From assembly GCA_963845515.1 (NCBI GenBank), contig CAWJSR010000026.1, forward strand, positions 1 to 64,000: 64,000 bases of DNA. Reading direction: 5' to 3'. Of this stretch, positions 1 to 10,500 are shown piece after piece (position 1 is the first letter of the stretch; each line of letters begins with the position of its first letter). Position numbers and translations under genes: made by a program. The notes below the pieces were generated by a model. It had not been told where the DNA came from and made no database searches. It saw only the letters and a list, made by a program, of their open reading frames with translations. Origin of the DNA: an uncultured delta proteobacterium (GTDB lineage: Bacteria > Myxococcota > Myxococcia > Myxococcales > Anaeromyxobacteraceae).

Positions 1-734
1 GCCACGTATTGCTATTTTCGAGTTAGGACTTGGGTACTAATAAGAATGGGTTCTAAATCTAAATCCTCCATCACCATTTTTTCCATCTCGTCGGATGAGA
101 TGTCTGTGCCTTTTAAAATTTGGTTGTAGCTCGCCGCCGTACCAACAGCACCTTTCATGCCTTTGGCCACGAAATTTTCTTGCAAAAACTGAACATAATG
201 ATAATCAATCAGCAGATCCTGAGCATAGCTCGCTAAACGATAACCGACAGTGGTGGGTTCAGCCGGTTGCAAATGGGTGAAGGCCATACAGGGTTGAGCA
301 GCACGAGCTTCAATTTTTTCGGCAAAGCTCAGTGAGTAGTCTAGCGATGGCACTTTGAATGAAGTCTAAGGCGTCTTTAATGCGCATCGAATCGGCGTTA
401 TCGACAACATCCATACTCGTCGCACCTAAATGAATTTTTCCACCGCCAACTGCAGCCGCTTCAGCATACTCCTGAATTCCCGCCACGACATCATGATGAG
501 TTTTTTCTTCAATTTTCTGAGCTCGTTCAATATCAATTTCGTTTTGATGTTTTCGTAAGTCGGCGAGTTCTTCATCAGAAACTAAGCCCGCCGCATTTTG
601 TGCTGTTGCTAAGGCCACCCAAATTTGACGCCACCCCTCATACTTATGTCTTTCACTAAATAACTGGCGCATTTCTGGAGAACCATAACGCCAAGTTACG
701 GGTGAGAGGCAGGTGTAAAATCGTAGCTGGTCAT
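1..734 (-). CDS. purB: Adenylosuccinate lyase, N-terminal part; frameshifted, runs off the window; in the low-GC foreign segment
   Basis: ATG at 734, then LSPVTWRYGSPEMRQLFSE, THHDVVA, IHLGATSMDVVDNAD, MAFTHLQPAEPTTVGYRLA and KGAVGTAASY motifs across ORFs 310..672 and 12..353. Confidence 0.9.
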
Positions 735-747
735 AGATTCCTTTATA

Positions 748-1521
748 CTAGGTTGTGATTTCGGTGAGACGATCTTGTGTAATTGCCTCGCGAATTTCCA
801 TCGCTACTCGGCGCCCGACTGAAATAGGTTGGCCAAATAAATATTTGCTATAGGGAGTGGCTCTGAAATACCTGGTGAGCCCGGCATGCGTGGTGAGACA
901 TCGATGACGACTAAATCTTTTTTGGGTGGTCCGGCCGTAATAATTGATTGCAAAGCAAACGGGCCAATGACACCCGGGGCATACAGCTTTTGGTGGCTTT
1001 GACGAAGGCTTCGCCCATAGCAAAAGCCGGTTCTAAAAGTGACTCTAAAACCGTTACGGCGATATGTCCAGCCTCTTCATAAGAAACAGGGAGTTTCTCT
1101 AACAGTGTTGCTTGCTGAGGGGCGGGTAATGCAACATTCCATCAAGATTTGTTTGACGTCGCGTATCAGTGCCGAGAAGTTCCAGACGTTGCTGAATGGG
1201 CGAATAAAAAAAGTTAAAATTGACCTGCGCGCCAACGGCAAACTCTTCAATCACGGCCGTTTTTAATCCAGCTTCAGTGATTTTTCCTTGCTCCAGCATT
1301 TGTTCACTGCGCTGTTGATACTCCTGGTAATTACTTACCAAGAAAAAAGCTCTTTCGAATTGGCGAGTTTTCTCGGCGGTTTTGACTAAACAAAGGCGAT
1401 CAATTTTTTGTGGGTCAGCAAAATGTTTGGGAAAGCGAATTTTTGCTTCTGTCAGTAAATCATATTGATTGGGATGCGCTTCGCGCTCTTCAATTTTCAA
1501 TAAAAATTTATTCCCAAACAT
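748..1521 (-). CDS. purP: PurP-like FAICAR synthetase (ATP-grasp, DUF1297 family); 5' truncated by the junction, several frameshifts
   Basis: ERAFF, IEEFAVGAQVNFNFFYSPI, LELLGTDTRRQTNLDG and C-terminal PYSKYLFGQPISVGRRVAMEIREAITQDRLTEITT match the PurP family; directly upstream of purB. Confidence 0.8.
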
Positions 1522-1530
1522 CCAACCAGG
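1515..1530. other. Abrupt compositional junction (probable chimeric join)
   Basis: AT-rich ...taaaaatttattcccaaaca joins directly to GC-rich tccaaccaggtggcgctcggcgcg...; both flanking genes are truncated here. Confidence 0.9.
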
Positions 1531-2363
1531 TGGCGCTCGGCGCGCTCACGCGCCCGGGCGACGAGGTGATCTGCGACGCGAACGCCCACGTGGCCGGCTA
1601 CGAGGCGGGCGCGCTGGCCGCGCTGTGGGGGGTCCAGCCGCGCGCGCTCCCCTCGCCGCGGGGGCTCCTGGAGCCCGCTGCGGTCGACGCGGCGGTCCGC
1701 GCGTCGATCGAGCACTACCCTCGCTCGCGCGTCGTCGAGATCGAGAACACGCACAACCGCGGCGGCGGCGCCGTCTACCCGCTCCCGCTCGTTCACCAGG
1801 TCGCCGAGGTCGCCAAGCGGCACGGGCTGGCGCTCCACATGGACGGCGCGCGGCTCTGGAACGCCTGCGCCGCCTCCGGTCACTCGCCGGCGGAGTACGC
1901 CGCCCACGCCACCACCGTCTCGGTCTGCCTGTCGAAGGGGCTCGGCGCGCCGGTCGGCTCGGTCGTCGCCGGGCCGCGCGAGGTGATCGCCGACGCGCGC
2001 CGGCTCCGGCGCCGGCTCGGAGGCGGCATGCGACAGGCCGGGATCCTGGCGGCCGCCGGGCTCTACGCGCTGGACCACAACGTCGCCCGGCTCCCCGAGG
2101 ATCACGAGAACGCCCGCCTCCTCGCCGAGCGGCTGGCGCGCCTCCCCGGCGCGACGATCCTCTTCCCCGTCGAGACCAACCTCGTCTTCGTCGCCTTCGA
2201 GGGGAAGAGCGCGCGCGACCTCTCCCGCGCGCTCGCCGCGGCCGGCGTACTCGCGAACCCCGAGGGCTCGCGGCCGGACACCATCCGGTTCGTCACGCAC
2301 CTCGACGTCACGCGCGAACAGGTCCTCGCCGCGGCGGAGCAGGTCGCGAAGGCCGTGTCGTAG
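1521..2363 (+). CDS. ltaE: Low-specificity L-threonine aldolase, 5' truncated
   Basis: NQVAL, IENTHNRGGG, LHMDGARLWNA, SVCLSKGLGAPVGS and GGGMRQAG motifs. Confidence 0.93.
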   Translation, partial: SNQVALGALTRPGDEVICDANAHVAGYEAGALAALWGVQPRALPSPRGLLEPAAVDAAVRASIEHYPRSRVVEIENTHNRGGGAVYPLPLVHQVAEVAKRHGLALHMDGARLWNACAASGHSPAEYAAHATTVSVCLSKGLGAPVGSVVAGPREVIADARRLRRRLGGGMRQAGILAAAGLYALDHNVARLPEDHENARLLAERLARLPGATILFPVETNLVFVAFEGKSARDLSRALAAAGVLANPEGSRPDTIRFVTHLDVTREQVLAAAEQVAKAVS

Positions 2364-2430
2364 CTTTACCCACCGTCCTTTCGACCACTGCCATGACCTT
2401 GGGAAGGGAAGGCGGGCGACCGCGGAGCGC

Positions 2431-3435
2431 GTGCTAGCATCCGGCCCGGTGTCCGTCGCCCCCCGCCGCGTCCCTCGCATCGCCATCGCGGCAGTCGCCG
2501 TCACCGCCGCGATCGGCGCCGGCTGCGCCCACGCCCCGCCCCAGGAGAAGGTCTCCTTCAAGGACGCCGGCCTCCTGGATCCGGTCGACCCGGTCGGTCC
2601 GGTCGCGCCGCCGGTCTCCGTCCCCGCACCCCGCTCGGTCGCGTCGGAGCAGCCGGACGTGCCGCCCATCGACGGCGACCTCGTACGGTTCGCAGCCGAG
2701 GCGCGCCTCCGCCGCTACCGGCACGCCGCGCTGAAGGGGTTCCCCGTGGAGGCGATGGAGGCGTGGGACCGGCTCTCGGAGCAGCTCGACGCCTACCTCG
2801 GGCAGGCGCTCCCGCAGACGCCGCTCCTCGAGCTGGTGCGCGCCCGCGTGACGCTCGACGCCGAGTGGGACTTCGACCAGCGACGCTACGGCTCTCCGCC
2901 CGCCGAGCTGGCCGGGCGGGTCGAGACCCGCGCGGGCCGGCTCGGCACCCGCATCTCCGCGGCGCGTGCGCTCGGCCAGAAGATGTTCCTCAAGAAGCGG
3001 ACGCCCGGCAGGCTCGCCTGGCCGGTCGAGCGCGCGGGCATCTCTTCGACGTTCGGCTTCCGCGTCGACCCGCTTACGGGCGGCCGGCGCATGCACAGCG
3101 GCCTGGACCTCGCCACCGAGAAGGGGCGCGTCGTGTGGGCCGCGGCCAAGGGCTACGTCGTGCGCGCGGCGTGGACGACCGGCTACGGGCTGCTGGTCGA
3201 GGTGCGCCACAACGGAGAGCTCACCACGCGCTACAGCCACCTGTCGGCGCTGCTCTGCCAGCCTGGCGACGAGGTGGCGCCGGGACGCCCCGTCGGCCTC
3301 GTCGGCAGCACCGGCCGCTCCACGGGGCCGCACCTCCACTTCGAGGTCTGGGAGGGCGGCTTCGCGCGAGATCCACTCAAGTGGCTCGGCGAAGCGTACG
3401 CCGCGCGCGCCTCCCCGGGCCACGCGGCGAATTGA
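2431..3435 (+). CDS. M23 family metallopeptidase, probable lipoprotein
   Basis: Lipobox-like IGAGC; HSGLDLA, YSHLS, GSTGRSTGPHLHFEV. Confidence 0.88.
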   Translation: MLASGPVSVAPRRVPRIAIAAVAVTAAIGAGCAHAPPQEKVSFKDAGLLDPVDPVGPVAPPVSVPAPRSVASEQPDVPPIDGDLVRFAAEARLRRYRHAALKGFPVEAMEAWDRLSEQLDAYLGQALPQTPLLELVRARVTLDAEWDFDQRRYGSPPAELAGRVETRAGRLGTRISAARALGQKMFLKKRTPGRLAWPVERAGISSTFGFRVDPLTGGRRMHSGLDLATEKGRVVWAAAKGYVVRAAWTTGYGLLVEVRHNGELTTRYSHLSALLCQPGDEVAPGRPVGLVGSTGRSTGPHLHFEVWEGGFARDPLKWLGEAYAARASPGHAAN

Positions 3436-3447
3436 GCAGCTCCCACC

Positions 3448-3481
3448 AATTGAAAGAGGCGCCTCTTGAAAGAGGCGCCTC
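3448..3481 (-). terminator. Intrinsic terminator-like hairpin oriented for minus-strand transcription
   Basis: Minus strand GAGGCGCCTCT-TTCA-AGAGGCGCCTC followed by TTTCAATT; formed by a tandem 16-bp duplication ttgaaagaggcgcctc. Confidence 0.6.
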
Positions 3482-3533
3482 CGGTCCCCGCCCTCCCCGG
3501 GCTCGCTCTCGACGTGCTGCGGCCGAGACGAGA
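3449..3533 (-). ncRNA. Candidate intergenic small RNA
   Basis: Stem-loop 3502..3532 plus terminator 3448..3481 on the minus strand between two plus-strand genes; TTGACC at 3560..3565 upstream. Confidence 0.3.
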
Positions 3534-3595
3534 TTCCTGTATCAACTTCCGGGCATGAGGGTCAACCCGACCCGAGCGCACGCCCCGAAACGCAC

Positions 3596-4666
3596 GTGAC
3601 TCTACTCACTGCACTCATCCCCCTCGCGCTCGCCGCGAGCGTCGACGTCCCGGCCGGTACGCCGCTCGGCGAGGCGATCTCGCACGCCGTGCCCGGCGAC
3701 GTGATCCGGCTCGGCGCTGGCGTACACGCGGGGAGTCTCGGCCGCATCTCGGGGCTGCGCATCGAAGGAGCCGGCGCCGACTCGACCCGGATCGTCGCGC
3801 CGGAGGGGCAGGACGGCGCCGTCGTGACGGGGCGAGTGGAGCTCGCCGGGCTCACCATCGAGGCGGGCGACGCACGCACCGCGCTCAAGGTCCTGGACGG
3901 CGAAGCGCTGGTCACCGACGTCTCCCTCCGCGGCGCGGCGGTCGGGGCCTTCGTGGACGGTGGGCGGCTGGAAGGGCGCGACGTGACCCTGGCGGGCGGC
4001 TACGGCCTCCTCGTCCGGCGCGGCGAGGTGAGGCTCCGCGGCGGGCTGGTCAGGCCGGCAGGCTCGGCCCACGCCGGGATCGCGGTCGTGGGCGGCGCCG
4101 TCAGCCTCTCGCGCTTCGCGGTCGCCGGCCCCTTCACCGAGGCGGCGATCACCGTCGGGAACGGCAGCGCGCTGCTCGAGGACGTCGTCATCCGCGATCC
4201 CGGCCCGACCGGCGTGGCCGTCAACCGCGGCGTGGTGACGGGGCAGGACGTCGAGGTGGCGGGGGCGCGCGAGCAGCCGGTGAAGGGGGAGCGCGGCCTC
4301 GACGCGATCCTCGGCGACTGCGTCCAGGTCCTGCGCGGCACGCTCACCCTCTCCTCGAGCGGCCTGACACGCTGCGGCGGCGCAGCCCTCTCGGCGTCCG
4401 GCGGCGACGTGCGGCTCGATGGCGTCGACGCGCAGGGGGGGACCGCCGGCGGGCTCGTGCTCCTCGACGGCGCGCGCGCCGACCTTCGCGGGAACTGGGT
4501 CACCGGGCGAGGTCCGGCGGTCGTCGCTGCGAGCGGTGCTCAGGTCGATGCGACGTTCAACCGGTGGCGCACCGATCCGGTCTTCTGGGTCGAGTGCGGC
4601 GCCGGAGCGCGCGTGCGGCTGGGCTTCGGCGAGCACGTCTCGGAGCCCTGCGCCAAGGCCCACTGA
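3596..4666 (+). CDS. Secreted right-handed beta-helix (pectin-lyase-fold-like) protein
   Basis: Signal peptide; AISHAVPGDVIRLGAGVH and IEGAGADSTRI are typical beta-helix starts; Gly/Val-rich repeats. Confidence 0.6.
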   Translation: MTLLTALIPLALAASVDVPAGTPLGEAISHAVPGDVIRLGAGVHAGSLGRISGLRIEGAGADSTRIVAPEGQDGAVVTGRVELAGLTIEAGDARTALKVLDGEALVTDVSLRGAAVGAFVDGGRLEGRDVTLAGGYGLLVRRGEVRLRGGLVRPAGSAHAGIAVVGGAVSLSRFAVAGPFTEAAITVGNGSALLEDVVIRDPGPTGVAVNRGVVTGQDVEVAGAREQPVKGERGLDAILGDCVQVLRGTLTLSSSGLTRCGGAALSASGGDVRLDGVDAQGGTAGGLVLLDGARADLRGNWVTGRGPAVVAASGAQVDATFNRWRTDPVFWVECGAGARVRLGFGEHVSEPCAKAH

Positions 4667-4760
4667 CGCTCTCCCCCGAACGCCCTGTAGACCGCGCGCG
4701 CCTCGACATCCGGGCCCGAGCGTGCGAGGGTTCAGCCGGCGAGGGGACGGAGCTCGAACG

Positions 4761-5621
4761 ATGCGGATAAACCTGCGCAAGGCCATGTTCGTGCTGCCGA
4801 ATCTGTTCACGGTCAGCTCGATCTTCCTGGGCTTCTACGCGCTCACCCTGTGCACGGGGGACGCCACCCCGGAGCAGCTCTACCGGGCCGCCATCTCGAT
4901 CTTCTTCGCGATGTTCTTCGACGCCTTCGACGGGCGCGTCGCGCGGATGACCAAGACCCAGTCGGACTTCGGCGTGCAGCTCGACAGCCTCGCCGACGTG
5001 CTCAGCTTCGGAGCCGCCCCGGCGCTCCTCGTCTACAAGTGGGCGCTTGCCCCGTTCGGGACGACGGGGCTCGTCATCTCCTTCTCCTTCGCGGCCTGCG
5101 GCGCCCTCCGGCTCGCCCGTTTCAACGTCCTCGCCATGCGGGGCGACAAGGGCTCCTCGCGGTTCTTCGTCGGGCTCCCGATCCCGCTCGCCGCCGGCGC
5201 CATCGTCTCGCTCGTGATCGCCCACTACAAGCAGTTCGAGGCCGTGACCGATCCTTCGCAGGGCGTGCCGATCGCCGTCGTGGTGCTCCTCCTGTCGTTC
5301 CTGATGGTCTCCACCGTCAAGTACCGCACCTTCAAGGACGTGCACCTCTCGGCGAAGAGCTTCACCGCCTTCGCCGCGGTGATCTTCATCGGCGTCGGCG
5401 TCGCCATCGCCACCCGCCCCGCCTTCGTGCTGGTCGTCTACATGGCGGCCTACATCGCGCTCGGCCTCACCGAGTCGATCTTCGCCCACGGCCGCTCTGC
5501 AGCGGACCTGGCCGCGCGCCTCTCCCCGAAGGCCCGCGCCGAGCTGGAGGCCGACGAGGCGCTCGAGCCGGACGACGAGGACGTGGACGAGGAGAAGGAC
5601 CAGCGGGACGAGTACATCTGA
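4761..5621 (+). CDS. pssA: CDP-diacylglycerol--serine O-phosphatidyltransferase
   Basis: LPNLFT, DAFDGRVARMTKTQSDFGVQLDSLADVLSFGAAP, CGALRLARFN. Confidence 0.93.
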   Translation: MRINLRKAMFVLPNLFTVSSIFLGFYALTLCTGDATPEQLYRAAISIFFAMFFDAFDGRVARMTKTQSDFGVQLDSLADVLSFGAAPALLVYKWALAPFGTTGLVISFSFAACGALRLARFNVLAMRGDKGSSRFFVGLPIPLAAGAIVSLVIAHYKQFEAVTDPSQGVPIAVVVLLLSFLMVSTVKYRTFKDVHLSAKSFTAFAAVIFIGVGVAIATRPAFVLVVYMAAYIALGLTESIFAHGRSAADLAARLSPKARAELEADEALEPDDEDVDEEKDQRDEYI

Positions 5622-5627
5622 CTCCAC

Positions 5628-5770
5628 GGGGCGTGCCGCCCCGCCCCACGGGCAGAGCCCGCGGGGCCCCCACCCCTGACCGCGTGGGGCCCTGCTCGCT
5701 CTCGCTTCGCTCGGCTCGCGTCCCGCGGCTAGGGCTGCGCCCTCCCCGCTTCGCGGGGCCCCCTCCCCCC
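5628..5770. repeat. GC-rich intergenic palindromic (REP-like) element
   Basis: The 20-mer ggggcgtgccgccccgcccc (5628..5647) is identical to 10719..10738; further short inverted repeats follow. Confidence 0.5.
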
Positions 5771-5791
5771 AGTCGCTGTAGACTGTCGCTG

Positions 5792-6312
5792 ATGGCCCTG
5801 ATCGATCGCCTCCGCGCCGTCGGCAACCGCCGGGGCGCACGCCCCGCCTCCCCTCCCGGCCCGCTGGGTGCTCCTCGCCGCGTGGGGCCCCTGCGGCTTC
5901 TCGCCGGTCGCCCCAGGCACGGTCGGGACCCTCGGGGCCGTCCCGCTCTGGTGGGGGCTCTCGCTGCTTCCGCGCCCGGCGCTCGCCGTCGCCAGTCGCC
6001 GCCCTGACCCTCCTCGGCGTCGCCGCGGCGAGGCGTGCCGGCGAGCACTGGGGCGTCACCGACGCCTCCGCGATCGTGATCGACGAGGTGGTCGGGTACC
6101 TCGTGACCGTCGCCCTGGTCCCCTTCTCCTGGCGAGCCGCGGCGCTCGGCTTCGTGCTCTTCCGGCTCTTCGACGTCGCCAAGCCGTGGCCAGCCTCGGT
6201 CTTCGACCGGATCAAGAGCCCGTGGGGCGTGATGCTCGACGACGTGGCCGCCGGGCTCTATGCGATGGCGATCCTCACGGCGGCGGTCCACTGGCTGCCG
6301 GAGGTCTTCTAG
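5792..6312 (+). CDS. pgpA: Phosphatidylglycerophosphatase A (apparent frameshifts)
   Basis: GFSPVAPGTVGTL in one frame; IVIDEVVG, FRLFDVAKPWP and GVMLDDVAAG in another. Confidence 0.9.
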
Positions 6313-7550
6313 TGGCGCCGCTCCCCGTGGTCGAGATCCTCTCCACGGGCGACGAGCTGCTCACGGGGCAGGTCGTCGACACGAACTCGGCGTGGCTGAT
6401 GGATCGGCTCTGGGACCTGGGGCTGATGGTCCGCCGCAAGACGCTGGTGGGCGACGACCGCGCGGACCTGCGCGCGGCGATCGAGGAGACCTGCGGCCGG
6501 GCCGACGTCGTCGTGATGAGCGGCGGGATGGGGCCGACCGAGGACGACCTGACGAGCGAGGTCCTGGCCTCGATCCTCGGCGTGCCGCTCGTGCTGCACG
6601 AGCCCTCGCTCCGGGCCATCGAGGAGCGGTTCCGCGCGTTCGGGCGCGTGATGACGCCGAACAACGCCAGGCAGGCGCGCTTCCCGCGGGGCGCCGACCC
6701 GATCCCCAACCAGTTCGGCTCCGCCCCGGGCATCGAGGCGCGGGTCGGGCGAGCCACGATCTTCTGCCTTCCCGGCGTCCCGTCCGAGTTCAAGGGGCTC
6801 TGTGAGGAAGCGATCATCCCGCGGATCGCCGCGCGCCTCGGCGACGTGCCCGCGGCGCGGGTCCTGAAGCTCATCGGCGTCCCGGAGTCGCACGCCGACG
6901 AGGCGATGCGCCCGGTGATGGACGACCCGTCGAACCGCGACGTACGCTTCGGCTTCCGCGCCCACTGGCCCGAGGTCCACGTGAAGTGGTCGGTGCCCGG
7001 CCCGGACGCCGGCGGGCGCGCCGACGCCATCCTGGCGCGCGTGCGCGAGCTCTTCGGCGAGCGCGCCTGGGGCGAGGGCAAGGAGGAGCTGCCAGAGCTG
7101 GTCGTCGCGCGGCTCGTCGAGCGGGGCGAGCGGCTGGCGCTGGCCGAGAGCTGCACCGGTGGCCTGCTGGCGCAGCTCGTCACGCGCGTCGCAGGCGCGT
7201 CGGCCGTCTTCGACCTCGGCGTGGTCGCCTACGCCAACGCCATGAAGGTGCGGGTGGCGGAGGTCCCGACGGCGCTGCTCGAGGCGCACGGGGCGGTCTC
7301 CGCGCCGGTCGCGCGAGCGCTCGCCGAGGGGGCGCGTCGCGTCGCGGGAGCGAACTGGGGCGTCGGCATCACCGGGATCGCCGGCCCGTCCGGCGGGACT
7401 CCGGAGAAGCCGGTCGGGACCGTCCACCTCGCCATCGCGGGGGCCGAGGGGACGACGGCGGTCCAGCGGGCCTACCGCGGCGACCGGGAGCGCATCCGCC
7501 GCCAGGCGGCGTACGAGGCGCTCGACCTCCTCCGGCGAGCGCTCCGGTAG
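6312..7550 (+). CDS. cinA: CinA / NMN deamidase (MoCF-like plus CinA domains)
   Basis: STGDELLTGQVVDTN, GGMGPTEDDLT, LPGVPSE, AESCTGG, TGIAGPSGGTPEKPVGTV. Confidence 0.93.
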   Translation: MAPLPVVEILSTGDELLTGQVVDTNSAWLMDRLWDLGLMVRRKTLVGDDRADLRAAIEETCGRADVVVMSGGMGPTEDDLTSEVLASILGVPLVLHEPSLRAIEERFRAFGRVMTPNNARQARFPRGADPIPNQFGSAPGIEARVGRATIFCLPGVPSEFKGLCEEAIIPRIAARLGDVPAARVLKLIGVPESHADEAMRPVMDDPSNRDVRFGFRAHWPEVHVKWSVPGPDAGGRADAILARVRELFGERAWGEGKEELPELVVARLVERGERLALAESCTGGLLAQLVTRVAGASAVFDLGVVAYANAMKVRVAEVPTALLEAHGAVSAPVARALAEGARRVAGANWGVGITGIAGPSGGTPEKPVGTVHLAIAGAEGTTAVQRAYRGDRERIRRQAAYEALDLLRRALR

Positions 7551-7597
7551 CGCTCCGGGATGGCCCGGGAGGGCGCCCGCGGATAAGCTCCGGGGGA

Positions 7598-10500
7598 TTG
7601 CGCCGGCTCGCACTGCCAACGCTCCTCGCCGCGCTAGCGGCTCCGCCTTGCGCAGCCGCGCAGGGCGTCGCGTCCCGCGCGCCCTCGGTCGGCGACGCGG
7701 TCGCGCAGGCGGAGCGGCTCGCAGAGCGGCGGGGCGGGCTCGACCAGGAGTTCGTGCTCCCTCAACGCCCCGGCCAGAACCAGGTCGCCTGGTACGACTT
7801 CCGGTGGCGGACGCTGGACGTCCCCGCGCCGGGCGGCGGCAAGGGGGGGCTGAGGCTCTACTACTACGCGTCCGAGCTCGAGTCGGCGCGGCGTGCCCTC
7901 CCGGCGATCCAGTCCGCCTACGTCAGGCTCGTCGAGGACTTCCACTACGCCCCGTCGAAGCGCATCCCGTACATCCTCTACGCGACGCAGCGCGAGCTCC
8001 AGACGACCAACGTCTTCCAGGTGACCGAGTCGGTCCTCGGCGTGACCTCGCCGCAGGACCTCAAGATGACGGTCCCGTACTTCGGCGACCACGGCCGCTT
8101 CCTGGAGGTCTCCACCCACGAGCTGGTGCACCAGTTCACCATCCAGAAGCTGGAGGAGATCGGCCCGGAGGACCCGTCGACGCCGACCATCTTCCTGCTC
8201 CCGCTCTGGTTCATCGAGGGGATCGCCGAGTTCTACACGAAGGGCGGGATCGACTCCGAGACCGATCTCTTCCTGCGCGACCTCGTCTGGAACGCGGATC
8301 CGGAGAAGGGCTACCAGGTGGTCGCCTTCGCCGACGACCGGCACCGCGGCTTCATCCCCACCTACAAGCTCGGTCAGGCGCGGATCGCCTTCATCGCGGA
8401 GACCTGGGGCCGGGAGAAGATCCAGGCGTTCCTCGACAACGCCTACCTCGTCAACGACGGCGCCGGCAGCCCGGCGGGGGCCGAGCGTGCCTTCGAGGCG
8501 CTCGTGAAGCGCGTCCTCGAGCAGCCGCTGGAGCAGGTCGACGCGCGGTGGCGCGCCTGGCTGAAGCGGCGCTACTACGCCGCCTGGCTGGCCTCCCGGC
8601 AGGAGCCGTCCCAGCTCGACGAGGTGCGCGGACTCCCCGCCGAGCCCGAGGACTTCGTGACCTCGCCCGACGGGACGGTCGTGCTCGCGCGCACCCTCGA
8701 CCGGAAGCGGGGGCGCGCGACGCTCCACCTCTTCGACCTCCGCCGCCCGAAGGCCGCGCTCCTCGTGGCCAGCGACGGCGTCCCCGGCTGCGAGTCGCTT
8801 CACCCGATCGAGCAGCGCACCCTCGCCCTCTCTGCGGAGCTCGCCGCCTTCTCGGCGCAGGACGGCGCGGGCGACAGGCTATGGGTCCGCCCGTGGAGCC
8901 GGCTCCCCGCCAGGCCGGGCAAGCAGCCGCCGGGGCTCCGGCTCGGCCCGCTCCGTGAGGTGGCTGCCACCGCGCCGGGGGGCGGCCGCTTCATCCAGAT
9001 CACCGACCCGGCGTTCTCGCCGGACGGGACGACGCTGGCGTTCGTCGGCGTCCCAGGCGACGGGAAGCGCGACATCTTCATCGTCCCGGTCGCGGGCGGC
9101 GCCGCCCGCCGCCTCACCGACGACTACGGCTCGGAGCGCGACCTGGCCTGGGCGACCGAGGGGATCTACCTCTCCTCCGACGCGACCGAGCACGGTCGCT
9201 CGAACCTCTTCCTGCTCGATCCCGAGCGAGGCGGGACGAAGCGACTCACGACGGGGCCGTGGAACGACAGGCAGCCGCGTCCGCTCGTGGACGGCAGCGT
9301 CCTCTTCTCCAGCGAGGCGGCGGGGAAGCCGGACGTCTGGACGCTCTCCGGCGGGCGCGCCTCCCGGCTCACCGACTTCGTCACGGGGCTCAAGGCACCC
9401 GCGCCCGCGCCGAAGGGGCGTGGGCTGCTGGCGAGCACCTTCAGCGGCGGGGTCTTCCGGATCATCGAGCTCCCCGAAGGCGCTCCTGCTGGCCGAGCCA
9501 CCGGTCGAGATTCCACCAGCCGCGGGTGAGCCGCTCCCGATCCCGCTGGCGGAGCATCCCGACCGACTCGCCCCGCTACGACGCCTGGTCGCCGAAGAGC
9601 TGGCACCCCGACGGGCTCATGATCTTCGGCGGCGGGACCGGCGACGCCGTCGCCGGGCGCGCGACGGTGCTCTTCTCCGACCTCCTGCGCGACCACACCG
9701 TCTACGCGGACCTCTCGGTCTACGGCGACTGGAACTACACGCAGGCGATCGCCTTCCTGGCCGACCGCTCCAGGCGATCGAGCTGGGTCCTCGGCGGCTT
9801 CCACTTCGTGCAGCCGCAGGTCGATCGGCTCGATCCCGACCTGTCCTTCTACCAGCGCGACTTCGGCGCCTTCGGCACCTGGCGCTGGCCGCTCGACCGG
9901 TACCGGCGGCTCGAGGGGGAGCTGATGCTGGGCGGCGTGGAGCGCTACTGCCTCACCGACTTCTCGGGCGCGACGGTCAGCAACTGCAACGGGATCCAGG
10001 CGGCGGGCCCCGTCTACGCCGACTCCGCGAGCTGGCGCGAGGTGAACGGCGGGACGGCGGTGGCGGTCTCCCCCACCGTGCGCGTCGGGCTCGACACCCT
10101 GCGGTACGACCAGCTGACCGGGCCGCTCCGAGGCACCTCGATCCTGGCGGAGCTCGGCGGCCAGTGGCTCCCCTCGCGCCAGGCGGTCAACGGGTTCTTC
10201 CGCTTCGACGCGCAGCAGTACTGGCAGCTCTCGGGGCGCGCCAACTTCATGCTGCGGTTCGCCGGCGGCACCAGCTTCTCCCCGACCCCCTCGGCGAGGA
10301 CCTGGGAGAAGAGCTGGTGGGTGAGCGCGCCCGACAACCTCCGCGGCTTCTACCCCTTCGACACCGTCCTTCCTCGTCGGGCCGCACTACTGGGTGGCGA
10401 ACGCCGAGCTTCAGGTGCCGCTCGATCCGGTGCTGAGGCTGCTGATCTTCGACTACATCGAGGGGGTCGCGGCGCTCGATTTCGGCGGCGTCTTCGACCA

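Noticed and set aside
1410..2363. 317-aa ORF as a full-length ltaE with a novel N-terminus
   Set aside because: The first ~37 codons are the antisense strand of low-GC purP across the junction.
3448..3481. ATTGAAAG-containing direct repeat resembling a CRISPR repeat end
   Set aside because: Only two adjacent 16-bp units, no spacers and no cas genes; better explained as a terminator hairpin.
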